Below, one piece after another: positions 1-8,612 of a stretch of 52,909 bases of DNA (positions within the stretch are counted from its first letter, which is position 1; the number at the start of each line of letters is the position of its first letter). Below the pieces are notes generated by a model. It did not search any database. It worked only from the letters and a program-made list of their open reading frames with translations, and was not told the origin of the DNA. This DNA comes from Alphaproteobacteria bacterium. GTDB lineage: Bacteria > Myxococcota_A > UBA796 > GCA-2862545. The stretch spans positions 1 through 52,909 of the forward strand of contig JACKER010000007.1 of assembly GCA_020632925.1 (NCBI GenBank), given 5' to 3'. The position numbers and the translations under genes are program-made.

Positions 1-62
1 CTTGGCGTCTGCGTTGCTCGAAAGCGCCGCCAGGAGGGCGACCGCGGTAGCGTTCTTCTTCA
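1..62 (-). CDS. 5' end (first ~20 codons) of a secreted protein; the gene continues beyond the window start
   Basis: Minus-strand ATG at 60-62 reads MKKNATAVALLAALSSNADAK (signal-peptide-like) with a GGAGA RBS upstream. The gene is truncated by the window edge. Confidence 0.3.
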
Positions 63-141
63 TGGCTGTTTCTCCGTCGTTCACCTGGAATCTAGGAAAA
101 CGAGGGAGGATGGACCATGGGGGTTCCTGTGGAAGACCTGC

Positions 142-615
142 CTATTCCTGCCGGGCTTCGATTCGCACCCGAAGCTCGCCCGCGGTGAGGAGCGCGTCGA
201 CGGGCCCGTCGATGGCCCCGAGGCGGACCAGTCCATCCGCGCGGCGAAAGTCCCGGTAGAAGATCGCCAGGTTGCCCCAGGGCGCGTAGTACGTCAGGTC
301 GCCGACCTTGGCAGCGTAGGCCGACGGTGCACCGGTCGTGTCGAGCTTCTTCGGTAGCTGCGCCACCTTCTCGGTGTGCGCGTAGTCCGTCAGGGTGAGC
401 TCGAGCGGCAACACGGCCGCGAAGTCGCGGGCGGCGGCCGAGTTGTCGAGGGTGGCAGGCAGCTTCTGGTCGCCGATCACCAGCTGGATGTGGATCACGT
501 CGGACTCCTTGGCCGGGGCCTCGGCGGCGTCCGGCGGCTGTGGGGGCTCGGCAGCGAGCGTGCTCGAGGCGACCAGTGCCATGCACAGAGCCGTCGCGAG
601 GCTGATCCCGCGCAT
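142..615 (-). CDS. cyclophilin-like superfamily secreted protein (157 aa)
   Basis: ATG at 613-615 reads MRGISLATALCMALVASSTLAAEP..., a signal peptide. It is the C-terminal 157 aa of track ORF 142..1593 and sits 2 nt downstream of the AraC gene stop. The sequence pattern resembles secreted cyclophilin-like DUF proteins; the assignment is a recollection, not a search. Confidence 0.55.
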   Translation of the reverse strand: MRGISLATALCMALVASSTLAAEPPQPPDAAEAPAKESDVIHIQLVIGDQKLPATLDNSAAARDFAAVLPLELTLTDYAHTEKVAQLPKKLDTTGAPSAYAAKVGDLTYYAPWGNLAIFYRDFRRADGLVRLGAIDGPVDALLTAGELRVRIEARQE

Positions 616-617
616 GA

Positions 618-1544
618 TCAGACTGCCGCCAGACCCGGCTGGAGCGTGTCGCTGTAGGGCAGTGACTGCGCCGCCGAAGGCGAGACCGAGAAGTAGCGCT
701 TGAACTCCCGGCTGAACTGCGACGGGCTCGCGTAGCCGACCTCGTAGGCCGCCTCCTCGACCCGCTTGCCCTCGTACACGAGCAGGCTCTTGGCCTTCAG
801 CAGTCGCACCTTCTTCAGGTACTGGAGCGGCGTCTCGCCGGTGACCTCCTTGAAAGCGCGGTGGAACGACGAGACCCCCATCGCCGCCTCGTGGGCGAGG
901 TCCTCGACCGTCAGCGCGCTCGCGAAGTCCCCGTGGATGAGCTCGAGCGACTGCGCGATGTTCGCGTAGGGCGTCTGGTGGCGGGTCAGGGCGTACAGGA
1001 CCCGCCCGTGCTCGGAGCGGAGGATGCGGTAGACGATCTCCTCGACGGCCGCGGGGCCCAAGACCGATCGGTCCATCGGGTCGGTGAGGCACTGGAGCAG
1101 TCGGCTGACCGCGGCGAGCAGCGGGCCGTCCATCTCGAGCGGCTCGACGGCGCTGTGGACGCCCGTCGCGCCGCGGTGTTCGAGTCCCAGCTTGCCCCCG
1201 AAGCGGGCGACCAGGCTGTGGAGCAAGCCCAGGTCCACGTCCAGGCGGATGCCGAGCAGTGGCTTCTCCGGCGTGCCGTAGGAGGCGCACTCGAAGGGCA
1301 CGGGCACGCCGAGCACCAGGCAGCTGTCCTCGCCGTAGCGGAACTGTCGACCGCCGAGGAAGCCCTCCTTGTAGCCCTGGCCGACGATGACGATGCCGGT
1401 GTCGTAGAGCAGCGGGGACCGAGGGGTGTCCCGGTCGATCCAGAAGAAGGTGACGCCCGGAACCCCGGTCTCGGCGACCCCCGTCACGTCCGTCGATGGG
1501 ATCGTGGCTCGATAGGCGGTGAGCAGTGGGGCGAGGGCAGCCAT
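618..1544 (-). CDS. AraC-family transcriptional regulator
   Basis: 308 aa. The C-terminal block (HEAAMGVSSFHRAFKEVTGETPLQYLKKVRLLKAKSLL...VGYASPSQFSREFKRYFSVSP) is a dual AraC-type HTH, and the N-terminus is a ligand-binding domain. Confidence 0.8.
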   Translation of the reverse strand: MAALAPLLTAYRATIPSTDVTGVAETGVPGVTFFWIDRDTPRSPLLYDTGIVIVGQGYKEGFLGGRQFRYGEDSCLVLGVPVPFECASYGTPEKPLLGIRLDVDLGLLHSLVARFGGKLGLEHRGATGVHSAVEPLEMDGPLLAAVSRLLQCLTDPMDRSVLGPAAVEEIVYRILRSEHGRVLYALTRHQTPYANIAQSLELIHGDFASALTVEDLAHEAAMGVSSFHRAFKEVTGETPLQYLKKVRLLKAKSLLVYEGKRVEEAAYEVGYASPSQFSREFKRYFSVSPSAAQSLPYSDTLQPGLAAV

Positions 1545-1766
1545 CTGGGCCTCCAGGCTTCGGTATCCAGATAATGCGCTTGGGGTGGGCCACGGGTGCT
1601 CATTTGGGCCAGATTCTTGCCTATTCCTGCCAGAGGGCGCTGACAGCTACTCCACGAGCAACGGAGGAGGCCAGAGCTGGGCCTGCAGGGTGAGGGCTCG
1701 CTCCCGCAGCACCCTCGAGTGGCACGCCAGTCCACGTCAGGCGTCCGATGGACGGCCCTCCGCTGT

Positions 1767-2240
1767 TCAGCTCGAACGCGTCGGGGCGGGCAGCATTCGC
1801 GCAGAGGAAGCGTCCGCCCCAATCCCGCGCTCGACCAGGTCGAGGAACGCCTCTCCGATCTCGAGCAGCTTGGAGGTCTCGATGTCGTTCCATCCGCCGT
1901 TCTGGTGGCCGAGGAGATTCAACGGTCCCCGGTCCAGCACGGGTGGCGCCCGCCGAAGTGCAGTGATGAGGGAGCGGATTCCGGCCATCACCACGCGGCG
2001 CCCCTCGTCGTCCTGCACGGCTTCGCCGAGGCAGACTGGTACGCATCCGTTGAAGTGGACCTTCGATATCAGCAACCACTGGTCGCGGGTCTTGAGCACC
2101 GGTGAACCTCGCCGCTGGTCGAGGCCGGGCTCCTCGAGGTGGAGCGCGAGGAGGCGGAGCCATAGCTCCAGGATGCCGTCTTGCACCCAGAAGCCGCGGC
2201 CGTCGATGTCCACGAACGAGGAACCCACGTCAGCTCCCAC
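1767..2240 (-). CDS. hypothetical protein (start uncertain; GTG at 2240 proposed)
   Basis: Track ORF 1767..2510 has an Arg-rich, implausible N-terminus that overlaps the next gene, so an internal GTG start is more plausible. GC3 is high and no domain was recognised. Confidence 0.3.
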   Translation of the reverse strand: MGADVGSSFVDIDGRGFWVQDGILELWLRLLALHLEEPGLDQRRGSPVLKTRDQWLLISKVHFNGCVPVCLGEAVQDDEGRRVVMAGIRSLITALRRAPPVLDRGPLNLLGHQNGGWNDIETSKLLEIGEAFLDLVERGIGADASSARMLPAPTRSS

Positions 2241-2299
2241 GCGGCCCCTATCCTGCACCGTACGCCAACGCGCCGACGACCCGAACGTGACGAGGGGTG

Positions 2300-2629
2300 T
2301 CAGTCGGGCGTGGGGACGCCGCCGGTGACCCACACCAGGACGAGGCCCGCGAACGTCGCCCACCCCGCGAGCACCAGCGCGCCCGCGACCACGAGGCCGC
2401 ATCCGACCAAGCGATGGGCGGGCTCGCCACGCGCCGTGGCCACGACGTACGCTCCCGCGCACACTGCGAACAGGGGTCCTCCGAGCCCGCCCGTGACGAA
2501 CAGCGGCCACGGCGGAGCCCAGCGCGGGCCGAGGAAGCCTACCAGCGTGACCAGACCCACGGAGAACGCGAAGCCCCCGAGGGTCAGCGCGACGCTGGCG
2601 TGACGACGGCGCTGGGCGGTCGTGTTCAC
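2300..2629 (-). CDS. small integral membrane protein (109 aa, ~3 TM helices)
   Basis: MNTTAQRRRHASVALTLGGFAFSVGLVTLVGFLG...: hydrophobic helices and a positively charged N-terminus. Confidence 0.5.
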   Translation of the reverse strand: MNTTAQRRRHASVALTLGGFAFSVGLVTLVGFLGPRWAPPWPLFVTGGLGGPLFAVCAGAYVVATARGEPAHRLVGCGLVVAGALVLAGWATFAGLVLVWVTGGVPTPD

Positions 2630-2759
2630 GGTGCGCTCCCTCGAGCAGTTGTGCGTCGGTTGTGCGTTCGGAGCACTCTTCCCAGGTGAGCGCCGATGGT
2701 CCCCGGTCGGGGATCCCGCTCGAACCGGGACCTCCGACGGGTCGACTCGGCCGTGTCAG

Positions 2760-2776
2760 ACATTGAACCGGAAGTG
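2760..2776. repeat. attL core: 17-bp direct repeat ACATTGAACCGGAAGTG, identical to the 27029-27045 copy; encodes a duplicated ychF C-terminus (HFRFNV*)
   Basis: Exact 17-mer match on the same strand ~24.3 kb apart. The minus-strand translation here gives ...HFRFNV-stop(TGA), mimicking the ychF 3' end. Confidence 0.75.
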
Positions 2777-2852
2777 AGACGTTACGGGCTGCGAACCGAG
2801 GAAAGGACCGTGAAAGCCCTTACCCCGTCGGCGTACTTCGGTCACCGGGTCG

Positions 2853-2885
2853 GGAGGGAGGGTAGGCCGAAGATCGGCTCCCTCC
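2853..2885. terminator. two-tier GC-rich hairpin (GGAGGGAGGGTAG-GCCGA-AGA-TCGGC-TCCCTCC) just inside attL, downstream of the RHH/partner operon
   Basis: Perfect 7-8 bp outer stem plus a 5-bp inner stem. There is no obvious U-tract, so it could be a factor-independent terminator or a recombination accessory site. Confidence 0.35.
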
Positions 2886-2903
2886 GTGAGGATCCGAACT
2901 CTG

Positions 2904-2923
2904 TGTGATCCACCGTGATCCAC
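2904..2923. repeat. tandem arm-type repeats (T/C)GTGATCCAC x2, putative integrase arm-binding sites (attL side)
   Basis: The same 9-10-mer occurs twice, directly abutting, and twice again in the same orientation at 26955-26976 next to the integrase gene. Confidence 0.55.
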
Positions 2924-2965
2924 CGAGGCGCGTCGGACGAGCCTCGGATGGAGCGGCGTTCGCTG

Positions 2966-3271
2966 CTACTCGCGGGCGTCGCCGAGGAGCGCCAGCTCCT
3001 TGGCGGACAGGCGGATCTGCTTCTCGCAAGTCGCATGGCCGTCGGCGGTCTTCTTGGCGATCGTCACCTGGTACTCCCGCGACAACACCTTGCCGCTGTC
3101 GGTCTGCACCCGGCTGACCTCACGGCACTCCCAGACGAAGGCCCGGCGGCCAAAGGGGCGCGCCAGGGCGCGCTTGAGGGCCTCCCAGTTGGGGCCGGAC
3201 TCACCATGGGTCAGGACGAGACCACCGAGGTGGGTGCGGCGATTGCACGCGTAGGTGCGGCGATTGTTCAC
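2966..3271 (-). CDS. uncharacterised 101-aa protein, second gene of an RHH-led two-gene operon (putative toxin-like partner; family not recognised)
   Basis: The GTG start at 3269-3271 overlaps the upstream RHH stop as GTGA, a translational-coupling arrangement. GC3 is strong. There are three Cys and no RelE/ParE, PIN or HEPN motifs that I can see. Confidence 0.55.
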   Translation of the reverse strand: MNNRRTYACNRRTHLGGLVLTHGESGPNWEALKRALARPFGRRAFVWECREVSRVQTDSGKVLSREYQVTIAKKTADGHATCEKQIRLSAKELALLGDARE

Positions 3272-3447
3272 GACGCACCTCCGATCGACGCCTTGTGGGC
3301 GTGGACGTACCCTTCCACGGCCTGCCGAAGGACGGCACGAGCGTGCTCACCACGAAGGGCGAGAACCGCGCGGAACTGGCGGTGCAGGTCTGCGGGCAAC
3401 GGGATGGTGATGGCGACGGACGGGCCGTCGGTCTTGCTGATGTTCAT
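3268..3447 (-). CDS. ribbon-helix-helix (CopG/Arc/MetJ-like) DNA-binding protein, antitoxin-like (59 aa)
   Basis: MNISKTDGPSVAITIPLPADLHRQFRAVLALRGEHARAVLRQAVEGYVHAHKASIGGAS: a beta-strand (AITIPLP) followed by two helices, typical of RHH. It is not in the ORF track; I translated it manually. Confidence 0.65.
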   Translation of the reverse strand: MNISKTDGPSVAITIPLPADLHRQFRAVLALRGEHARAVLRQAVEGYVHAHKASIGGAS

Positions 3448-3510
3448 GTCGGACTCCGAGCACCCCGGCGAGAATGCCGAGATTGAAACGTAGTTGTGTT
3501 TCAGTGCGCT

Positions 3511-4921
3511 CTAGCAGGGTGCTGCAGAACCCCCTCGGGCCGACGCTCGCCGAGCCGCAGGACTCCGCAGTGGGGTCTCGGCGACCCGGGTGAGGCGTCC
3601 TCGGCCTCTGGTCTGGGCCCGCATCGCGGGCTCGGCGGCGGTTCGCCCGGCTCCGGACGCTACCCCGCGAGCTCCAGTCGGGCGATCCTCATCAGGTCGT
3701 AGGCGGCGGCTTGGAACGTGAACGCGGCATCCGTGCGGGCTCTCCCGCGGAATCGTGATCGTCGCATGCCTCCGACCGTCTTCCCCCACCCGAAGATCTT
3801 CTCGATGAGCATCCGGCACCGCTGGCTGGCGCTGTAGCCAGCGTGGCGTGTCGACCGGCCGTCGATGCCCGACCCGCGGCGGGTCGTGATGTTCCGGGCG
3901 ACGTGCGGGGTGACGCGGAGCCCGCGGCACTGCCGGATGAAGTCGCGCACGTCGTAGGCCTTGTCGCAGCCGACGGTCACGCGCCGGGGCATTGCGGCCG
4001 CTGCGCGCTGTCGCAGCCGCCGGAGCATGGCCAGCGCGCCCGTGCGCTCCGCGAAGCCGCTCGCGGTCTCCAGCTCGGTGTCGATGATGAGCCCGTTCCG
4101 GTTCTCCATGAGCACGTTCCCGACGTAGCAGAGCTTCGACTCCCGGCCGCGGCCCTTGCGGAGCAGCTTCGCCTCGGGGTCCGTCTTCGACTCGTGCGTG
4201 TCGTTGCTGCGCTTCGTGCCCTTGAAGTCGCCGAACCCGTTGTTGTCGTTCGAGTCGTCGTCCTTCGGCCGGAAGCTCTTCATCGAGGCCCACGCCTCGA
4301 TGAGCGTGCCGTCTACCGAGAAGTGTTCGTTGCTCGCCAGGTCCTGCGCCTTCGCATACGCGACGATGCGCTGGAGGAACTCGCGCGCGACCTCCTGGTT
4401 GAGCAGCCGGTCCCGGTTGTGCGTGAACCCGGTCGCGTCGAACGGGACCTCGATCAGGTCCATGTCGAGGAACCAGCGGAACAGCATGTTGTAGCGGAGC
4501 TGCTCGCACAGCATCCGCTCGCTGCGCACACTGAACAGCGCCATGAGGACCACGGCCTTCAGTAGTCGCTCGGGCGGGATGGACGGTCGCCCTACGTCGG
4601 CGTAGAGCGCGTCGAACAGCGGCGAGAGGTCCTTCAGGACTTCGTCGGTGACCCGCTTGACGGCCCGGATCGGGTGGCGTTCGGGGACCAAGCTCTCGAT
4701 GGACACGAGAGCCAGCATGGACGGCTGCTTCGGCTGGGATCCGCGCATAGTCCGAGCAGATCACAACCTCCGCCCCGTGTCGATCCCGTCCGCGGACCCG
4801 CTCGGGGCGAACCTCCAGCGCCCGGCGACGGGCCCGCAGTGCGTCACGCCGGCGCGCGGAGGTGCCGGACCGCGCCGCGCCAGAGCCCCGCGTGGCTCTG
4901 GGTTCTGCAGCACCCTGCTAG
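3511..4921. mobile_element. complete IS5-family insertion sequence (~1.4 kb): 18-bp perfect terminal inverted repeats CAGGGTGCTGCAGAACCC (3515-3532 and 4900-4917) flanked by CTAG on both sides
   Basis: The TIRs were identified by eye and each is immediately flanked by CTAG (3511-3514; 4918-4921). CTAG could be a 4-bp TSD, or the known CTAG/TA target of some IS5 subgroups. The element encloses one DDE transposase gene. Confidence 0.75.
3660..4748 (-). CDS. IS5-family DDE transposase (InsH-like N-terminal DUF772 + DDE_Tnp_1)
   Basis: 362 aa, more likely 352 aa from MLALVS at 4718. It shares the InsH architecture: LFRWFLDMDL..., DGTLIEAWASMKSF, CDKAYD, IEKIFGWGK. Confidence 0.85.
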   Translation of the reverse strand: MRGSQPKQPSMLALVSIESLVPERHPIRAVKRVTDEVLKDLSPLFDALYADVGRPSIPPERLLKAVVLMALFSVRSERMLCEQLRYNMLFRWFLDMDLIEVPFDATGFTHNRDRLLNQEVAREFLQRIVAYAKAQDLASNEHFSVDGTLIEAWASMKSFRPKDDDSNDNNGFGDFKGTKRSNDTHESKTDPEAKLLRKGRGRESKLCYVGNVLMENRNGLIIDTELETASGFAERTGALAMLRRLRQRAAAAMPRRVTVGCDKAYDVRDFIRQCRGLRVTPHVARNITTRRGSGIDGRSTRHAGYSASQRCRMLIEKIFGWGKTVGGMRRSRFRGRARTDAAFTFQAAAYDLMRIARLELAG

Positions 4922-5188
4922 GAGTGCCGATCGAGTTTGCGCCAGTTGGTACGGACGCTCGGGTGACCGCCACACGAACGTGGCGAGCAGCCACGTCGAT
5001 AGGATGATTGTGCCGCAGGGCCAGCCTGCCGTCAAGGCCACGCATGAAGAAAAACATGCCTCTAATGCGAGGTTCAGGTAGATCGAGGCGCGCGTAGTAC
5101 AACCTCGATGTCGGAATAAGCTACACAATCGTGTCGGCATGAGAACCGTCGGTAGATCTCCGATGCGCCCAGCCAGGCGGAGGCCAAG

Positions 5189-5686
5189 ATGTCTACCGCC
5201 GACTTCCTCACCGTCGAGCACCAGGTGCTCGGCCTGTTCGACACCCTCGACCGCACCTCGGAACCCAAGGACGCCGCCGGGTACGCCTCCGAGCGCCTGG
5301 CCGTGCACTACGACCTCGACCTGCTCGGCCTGGCTCGCCGTTACCCGCCGTCAACATCCGGAACACCGGAAGGCCGGGAAGCCCTCCTGCTGGAGCATTT
5401 GGGTGCCGCAGCCGGGTTGGTGGCCCTGGAGGCCCGCGTCTCGGTTGCGGTGCTGGACGCCCTGATCGACTTGCTCACCGCCGCATTGACTGCGCAGGTC
5501 GACGACAAGGCCACCGCCGTGTGGGCCTGCAACCGCGTCATCGGTGCGACCGGGATCGGCGGCGTCGTTCACGACCCGACCGACAGCAACCCGGGCGAGG
5601 CTGCCGTCCGCCACCTACGGGCGGCCAGCGTCCTCCTCGAGCGGCAGTCGTCGATCATCAGAGGGGAGGAGGACATCCCGTTCTGA
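5189..5686 (+). CDS. hypothetical protein (165 aa)
   Basis: GGAGG RBS 6 nt upstream of the ATG and high GC3. It is preceded by a relatively AT-rich promoter-like region (5040-5140). No domain was recognised. Confidence 0.5.
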   Translation: MSTADFLTVEHQVLGLFDTLDRTSEPKDAAGYASERLAVHYDLDLLGLARRYPPSTSGTPEGREALLLEHLGAAAGLVALEARVSVAVLDALIDLLTAALTAQVDDKATAVWACNRVIGATGIGGVVHDPTDSNPGEAAVRHLRAASVLLERQSSIIRGEEDIPF

Positions 5687-5700
5687 CTGGCATGGCGGCC

Positions 5701-6063
5701 TCACGCCTCACCACGGCGTCGAAGCCCGGTGGACACCCCGACCCGCCAGCCGATCTCGGCGGAACGCTCGACGTGCCCGAGCATCTCCGTCCTGCACTCT
5801 TCGAGGTGCCCGCCGAGGCCGAGACGTTCGGGGATCAGCTCCCGGAGCCGGGTCTCGATCTCCATGAGGTGTCGCGACCCTCGGTTCCATTCCGCGTCCT
5901 CCCCGAGCGCGACGCTGATCGCGTGGGTCGGGGCCGACCAGTTGCCCTGGTCGGGGTCGAGGGCGAGCCGTGCGTTGATCACGTCGTCGAGGGCGCTGTC
6001 GAGGTAGGCGGCGCAGACCTCGACGGCTCGTTCCTGGGGGGTGGTGGCTCGTCGGCGCATGAA
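5701..6063 (-). CDS. small hypothetical protein (120 aa) immediately downstream of the S8 peptidase gene; possible third operon member
   Basis: ATG at 6061-6063 with a GGAGG RBS (5-nt spacer), 44 nt after the S8 gene stop and co-oriented. It is not separately listed in the track (it lies inside spurious ORF 5701..6882). Translation: MRRRATTPQERAVEVCAAYLDSALDDVINARLALDPDQGNW... Confidence 0.4.
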   Translation of the reverse strand, partial: FMRRRATTPQERAVEVCAAYLDSALDDVINARLALDPDQGNWSAPTHAISVALGEDAEWNRGSRHLMEIETRLRELIPERLGLGGHLEECRTEMLGHVERSAEIGWRVGVSTGLRRRGEA

Positions 6064-6107
6064 GTCCTCCGCCGAGGGTACGCGCCGCCCCCGTCGCCCT
6101 GAACCCG

Positions 6108-8597
6108 TCAGGTCTCGATCTCGACCTCGGCGGCAACCTCGATCTCCACAGGTGTGTAGATGTCCACGCCCACGTCGGGGGCGTGGATGCTGATCACCAA
6201 GGAGTAGCGCATCTCCTCGTCGTACCGGTTCGCCGTCAGTCGATCCTTCCACCACCCGCCGACCGGGTACACGGCGATGTGATCGCGGGCGGCGAGGTCG
6301 ATGGCAGGGCCCGTCCAAGTGTCCGAGTGGATCGAGCCCCGATCGCGGTGAGCAGCCGTCAGGAGCCAGCCCTTCTCCGAGAAGCTGGGCACACCGCCTT
6401 CCTCGTCCTGCTCGTTCTTGGACACCCGCTTGCGGAAGTCCTCGAGCGACTCGAGCGGGTTCCTCATCGCGAAGCGTAGCCCCGCCGACTGGTAACGACG
6501 CTTCGAGTTCCACCCCCGCCGCGCCGGGTTCGGCTCGACGAAGTACGAGAGGGTCACCCGAAGCTCGACCTGTTCGTTGTTCAGCGCCTCCAGCGCGTCC
6601 TTCGGCCACGGAAGCTGGAACAGGTGCCAGTCGCGGGTCTTCACGTCGGGCGCCTTGCCTGGCTTCCCGACGTTGTGAAACGGCTGGATCCGCCGCTGCG
6701 CCACCAGGGTCAGGGCGTTCGAGGCACTCGAAGCAGCCCGCTCGAGGTCGGGCACGCCCCAGCCGTACCGTCGAAGCAGGAGGTCGCGTTCCTTCGGCTT
6801 CGCTGTCGGCGACAACAGCGCCTTCATCCGGGGCGTCCACTGGGCGGAGTGCACCGTCAACGCCCGCACGGTCTCCGGCCACACGTCGTCCTGTTGTTCA
6901 CGCAGCCGTACCAGCAGGGACGCGGCGAACCGAGCCCCCAGGGCGGCGGCACCGCTCGTGTCCCCCGTGGTGTCGAGCAGGCGGTCGTTTGGCTTCCAGT
7001 GCGTGGAGAGCAGGCGAAGGGCGTCCGGAAGCTCGACGAGGCCGTCCGGAGCGAGCGTAGCGTTGCCGCCCTCGAACACCACGTCGGGCTTGTTCGGCCA
7101 GTTCGGCTTCCACGTCAGCGAGGTCGACGAGGCCGGGCTGAGCCCGCCGGGGCTGGCGATCACCTTGTGCCCGGGGAAGTCCTTGGTCTCGAACACCACC
7201 TTGTCGGTGAACGCCCCCACCGTGAGCGCATTCCACGCCTGACCCGGGTCGTGAACCTGGTGGGTGTCGTTTTCGGCGTCGTACCCCTGCCAGGCCGACT
7301 GCGGCACGTTGCCGCCGGAGATCACCATCAGCCGGGGCAGCTCGTCCCGCCGCCCTTCACAGAGCGCGTCGACCTCCGCCGACCACGACGAGGGCTTGCC
7401 CCGGTCGCGGTAGTCCTCTGCGGTCACCGTCATGCAGAACACCCGCTCACGCTCGGGGGCCTGCAGCTCCGACTTCGACACCGCCCGAAGGGTGAAGGCG
7501 CCCCACAGGCGCTCCTTCGTCCTCGGCTGCCCCCGTGGGGGCAACAGCACCACGGATTCGAGGCCGTAGCTGGGGGACACGGGGCCCGTTCCCGCGAGGG
7601 GTGTGGTCAGGTCTCCCCAGGCGGCCAGGCCCGCCATGAGCGTGCCGTGGCCCTTGTGGTCGGTGCGACCCCAGGCGTCGTCCACGGTGTGCAGGTCGTC
7701 AGGGGCGAGGAACGGCTCGAGCAACGGGTGGCCCCGGTTCACACCGGTGTCGAGCAGGCACAGGGCGGGGGTGTGGGCCTCCACGCGCTGGGTGCGCGAG
7801 GCCAGGTCCTTCACCCAGTCGCCTTGCTCTCTTGGGGTGAGGCCCATGAAGAACGAGGCGAGTTCCTTCGCCCGTCGCAGCTCGGCGACGCAGTCCAGCA
7901 ACTCCACGGACGAGGTGAGCTGCTCCAACGAGCCGAACGCGAGCACCACGATCCGGTCGAGGAACTCGATGGAGTCGTCGTCGACGTCGAGGTGCCGAGC
8001 CGCAGCGAGGGCGCGAAAGTCCGACATCGCGGTCGGTGTCTTCCGCAGCCACACCTCCCACCAGAGAGTCTCGGTTGCGACGGGGAGATCCCCGTCGTCT
8101 GTCCACAACGTCTCGACAGCAGCCCTTCGGATCGAGGCGACCGGGGCGACCCACGCCTCGTTCTGCGGGCGACCTGACCTCGCGTGAAAGTCGGTTCGAT
8201 ACTGCTCGATCAGTCGCTCCAGAGCCGAGAGCTGTCCGTCGGGCACGAGCACCGCCGCCAGGGTGATCGGGCCCCGTTCACGGACGGAGACGACCTCGAT
8301 CTGCGGCCGCTTTCTGTCCATCTTGTCGAGGGAGAGTGCAAAGCCCGGCTCGCTCTCGAACTCGAGCAGCATCCCTCGGTCGAGTGGTACACCCACCGCC
8401 GCCCGCTCCCCATCGACCCGAGCTTCGGCGGCACGCACCGCAGCCAGGTCGGCCTTCAGCTTTGCGCCGTGGGAGCCAGGGTTCCTCGGGGGCAGCGGAG
8501 GCGGTGGGGCGACGACCGGCTTCGGGTACGTGTACCGGCGCGTGTCCGTTCGACCGTCGGGCACCCGGATGTGCGGAAGTCCCTCGCGCTTCGCCAC
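6108..8597 (-). CDS. S8-family (subtilisin-like) serine peptidase, 829 aa, with an N-terminal ~270-aa domain of unknown function; IetS-like
   Basis: Catalytic triad motifs are in order: LLDTGVNRGH (Asp), HGTLMAGLAA (His), GTSGAAALGARFAASL (Ser). GTG start with an AGGAGGGG RBS, 16 nt after the ATPase stop. Confidence 0.85.
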   Translation of the reverse strand: MAKREGLPHIRVPDGRTDTRRYTYPKPVVAPPPPLPPRNPGSHGAKLKADLAAVRAAEARVDGERAAVGVPLDRGMLLEFESEPGFALSLDKMDRKRPQIEVVSVRERGPITLAAVLVPDGQLSALERLIEQYRTDFHARSGRPQNEAWVAPVASIRRAAVETLWTDDGDLPVATETLWWEVWLRKTPTAMSDFRALAAARHLDVDDDSIEFLDRIVVLAFGSLEQLTSSVELLDCVAELRRAKELASFFMGLTPREQGDWVKDLASRTQRVEAHTPALCLLDTGVNRGHPLLEPFLAPDDLHTVDDAWGRTDHKGHGTLMAGLAAWGDLTTPLAGTGPVSPSYGLESVVLLPPRGQPRTKERLWGAFTLRAVSKSELQAPERERVFCMTVTAEDYRDRGKPSSWSAEVDALCEGRRDELPRLMVISGGNVPQSAWQGYDAENDTHQVHDPGQAWNALTVGAFTDKVVFETKDFPGHKVIASPGGLSPASSTSLTWKPNWPNKPDVVFEGGNATLAPDGLVELPDALRLLSTHWKPNDRLLDTTGDTSGAAALGARFAASLLVRLREQQDDVWPETVRALTVHSAQWTPRMKALLSPTAKPKERDLLLRRYGWGVPDLERAASSASNALTLVAQRRIQPFHNVGKPGKAPDVKTRDWHLFQLPWPKDALEALNNEQVELRVTLSYFVEPNPARRGWNSKRRYQSAGLRFAMRNPLESLEDFRKRVSKNEQDEEGGVPSFSEKGWLLTAAHRDRGSIHSDTWTGPAIDLAARDHIAVYPVGGWWKDRLTANRYDEEMRYSLVISIHAPDVGVDIYTPVEIEVAAEVEIET

Positions 8598-8612
8598 TGC
8601 CCCTCCTGCAGA

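Noticed and set aside
2-259. Plus-strand 85-aa ORF at the window start
   Set aside because: It overlaps a minus-strand ATG with RBS and a signal-peptide start (1..62) and the cyclophilin-like gene 3' region. Its composition looks like antisense noise.
2800-2900. Possible tRNA/tmRNA 3' end at the attL side, since integrative elements often target tRNA genes and a GGATCCGAA T-loop-like string is present
   Set aside because: No cloverleaf can be drawn: no 7-bp acceptor stem and no GTTCRANYC T-loop. The integration target is instead explained by the ychF 3' end duplication; the local structure is a simple hairpin.
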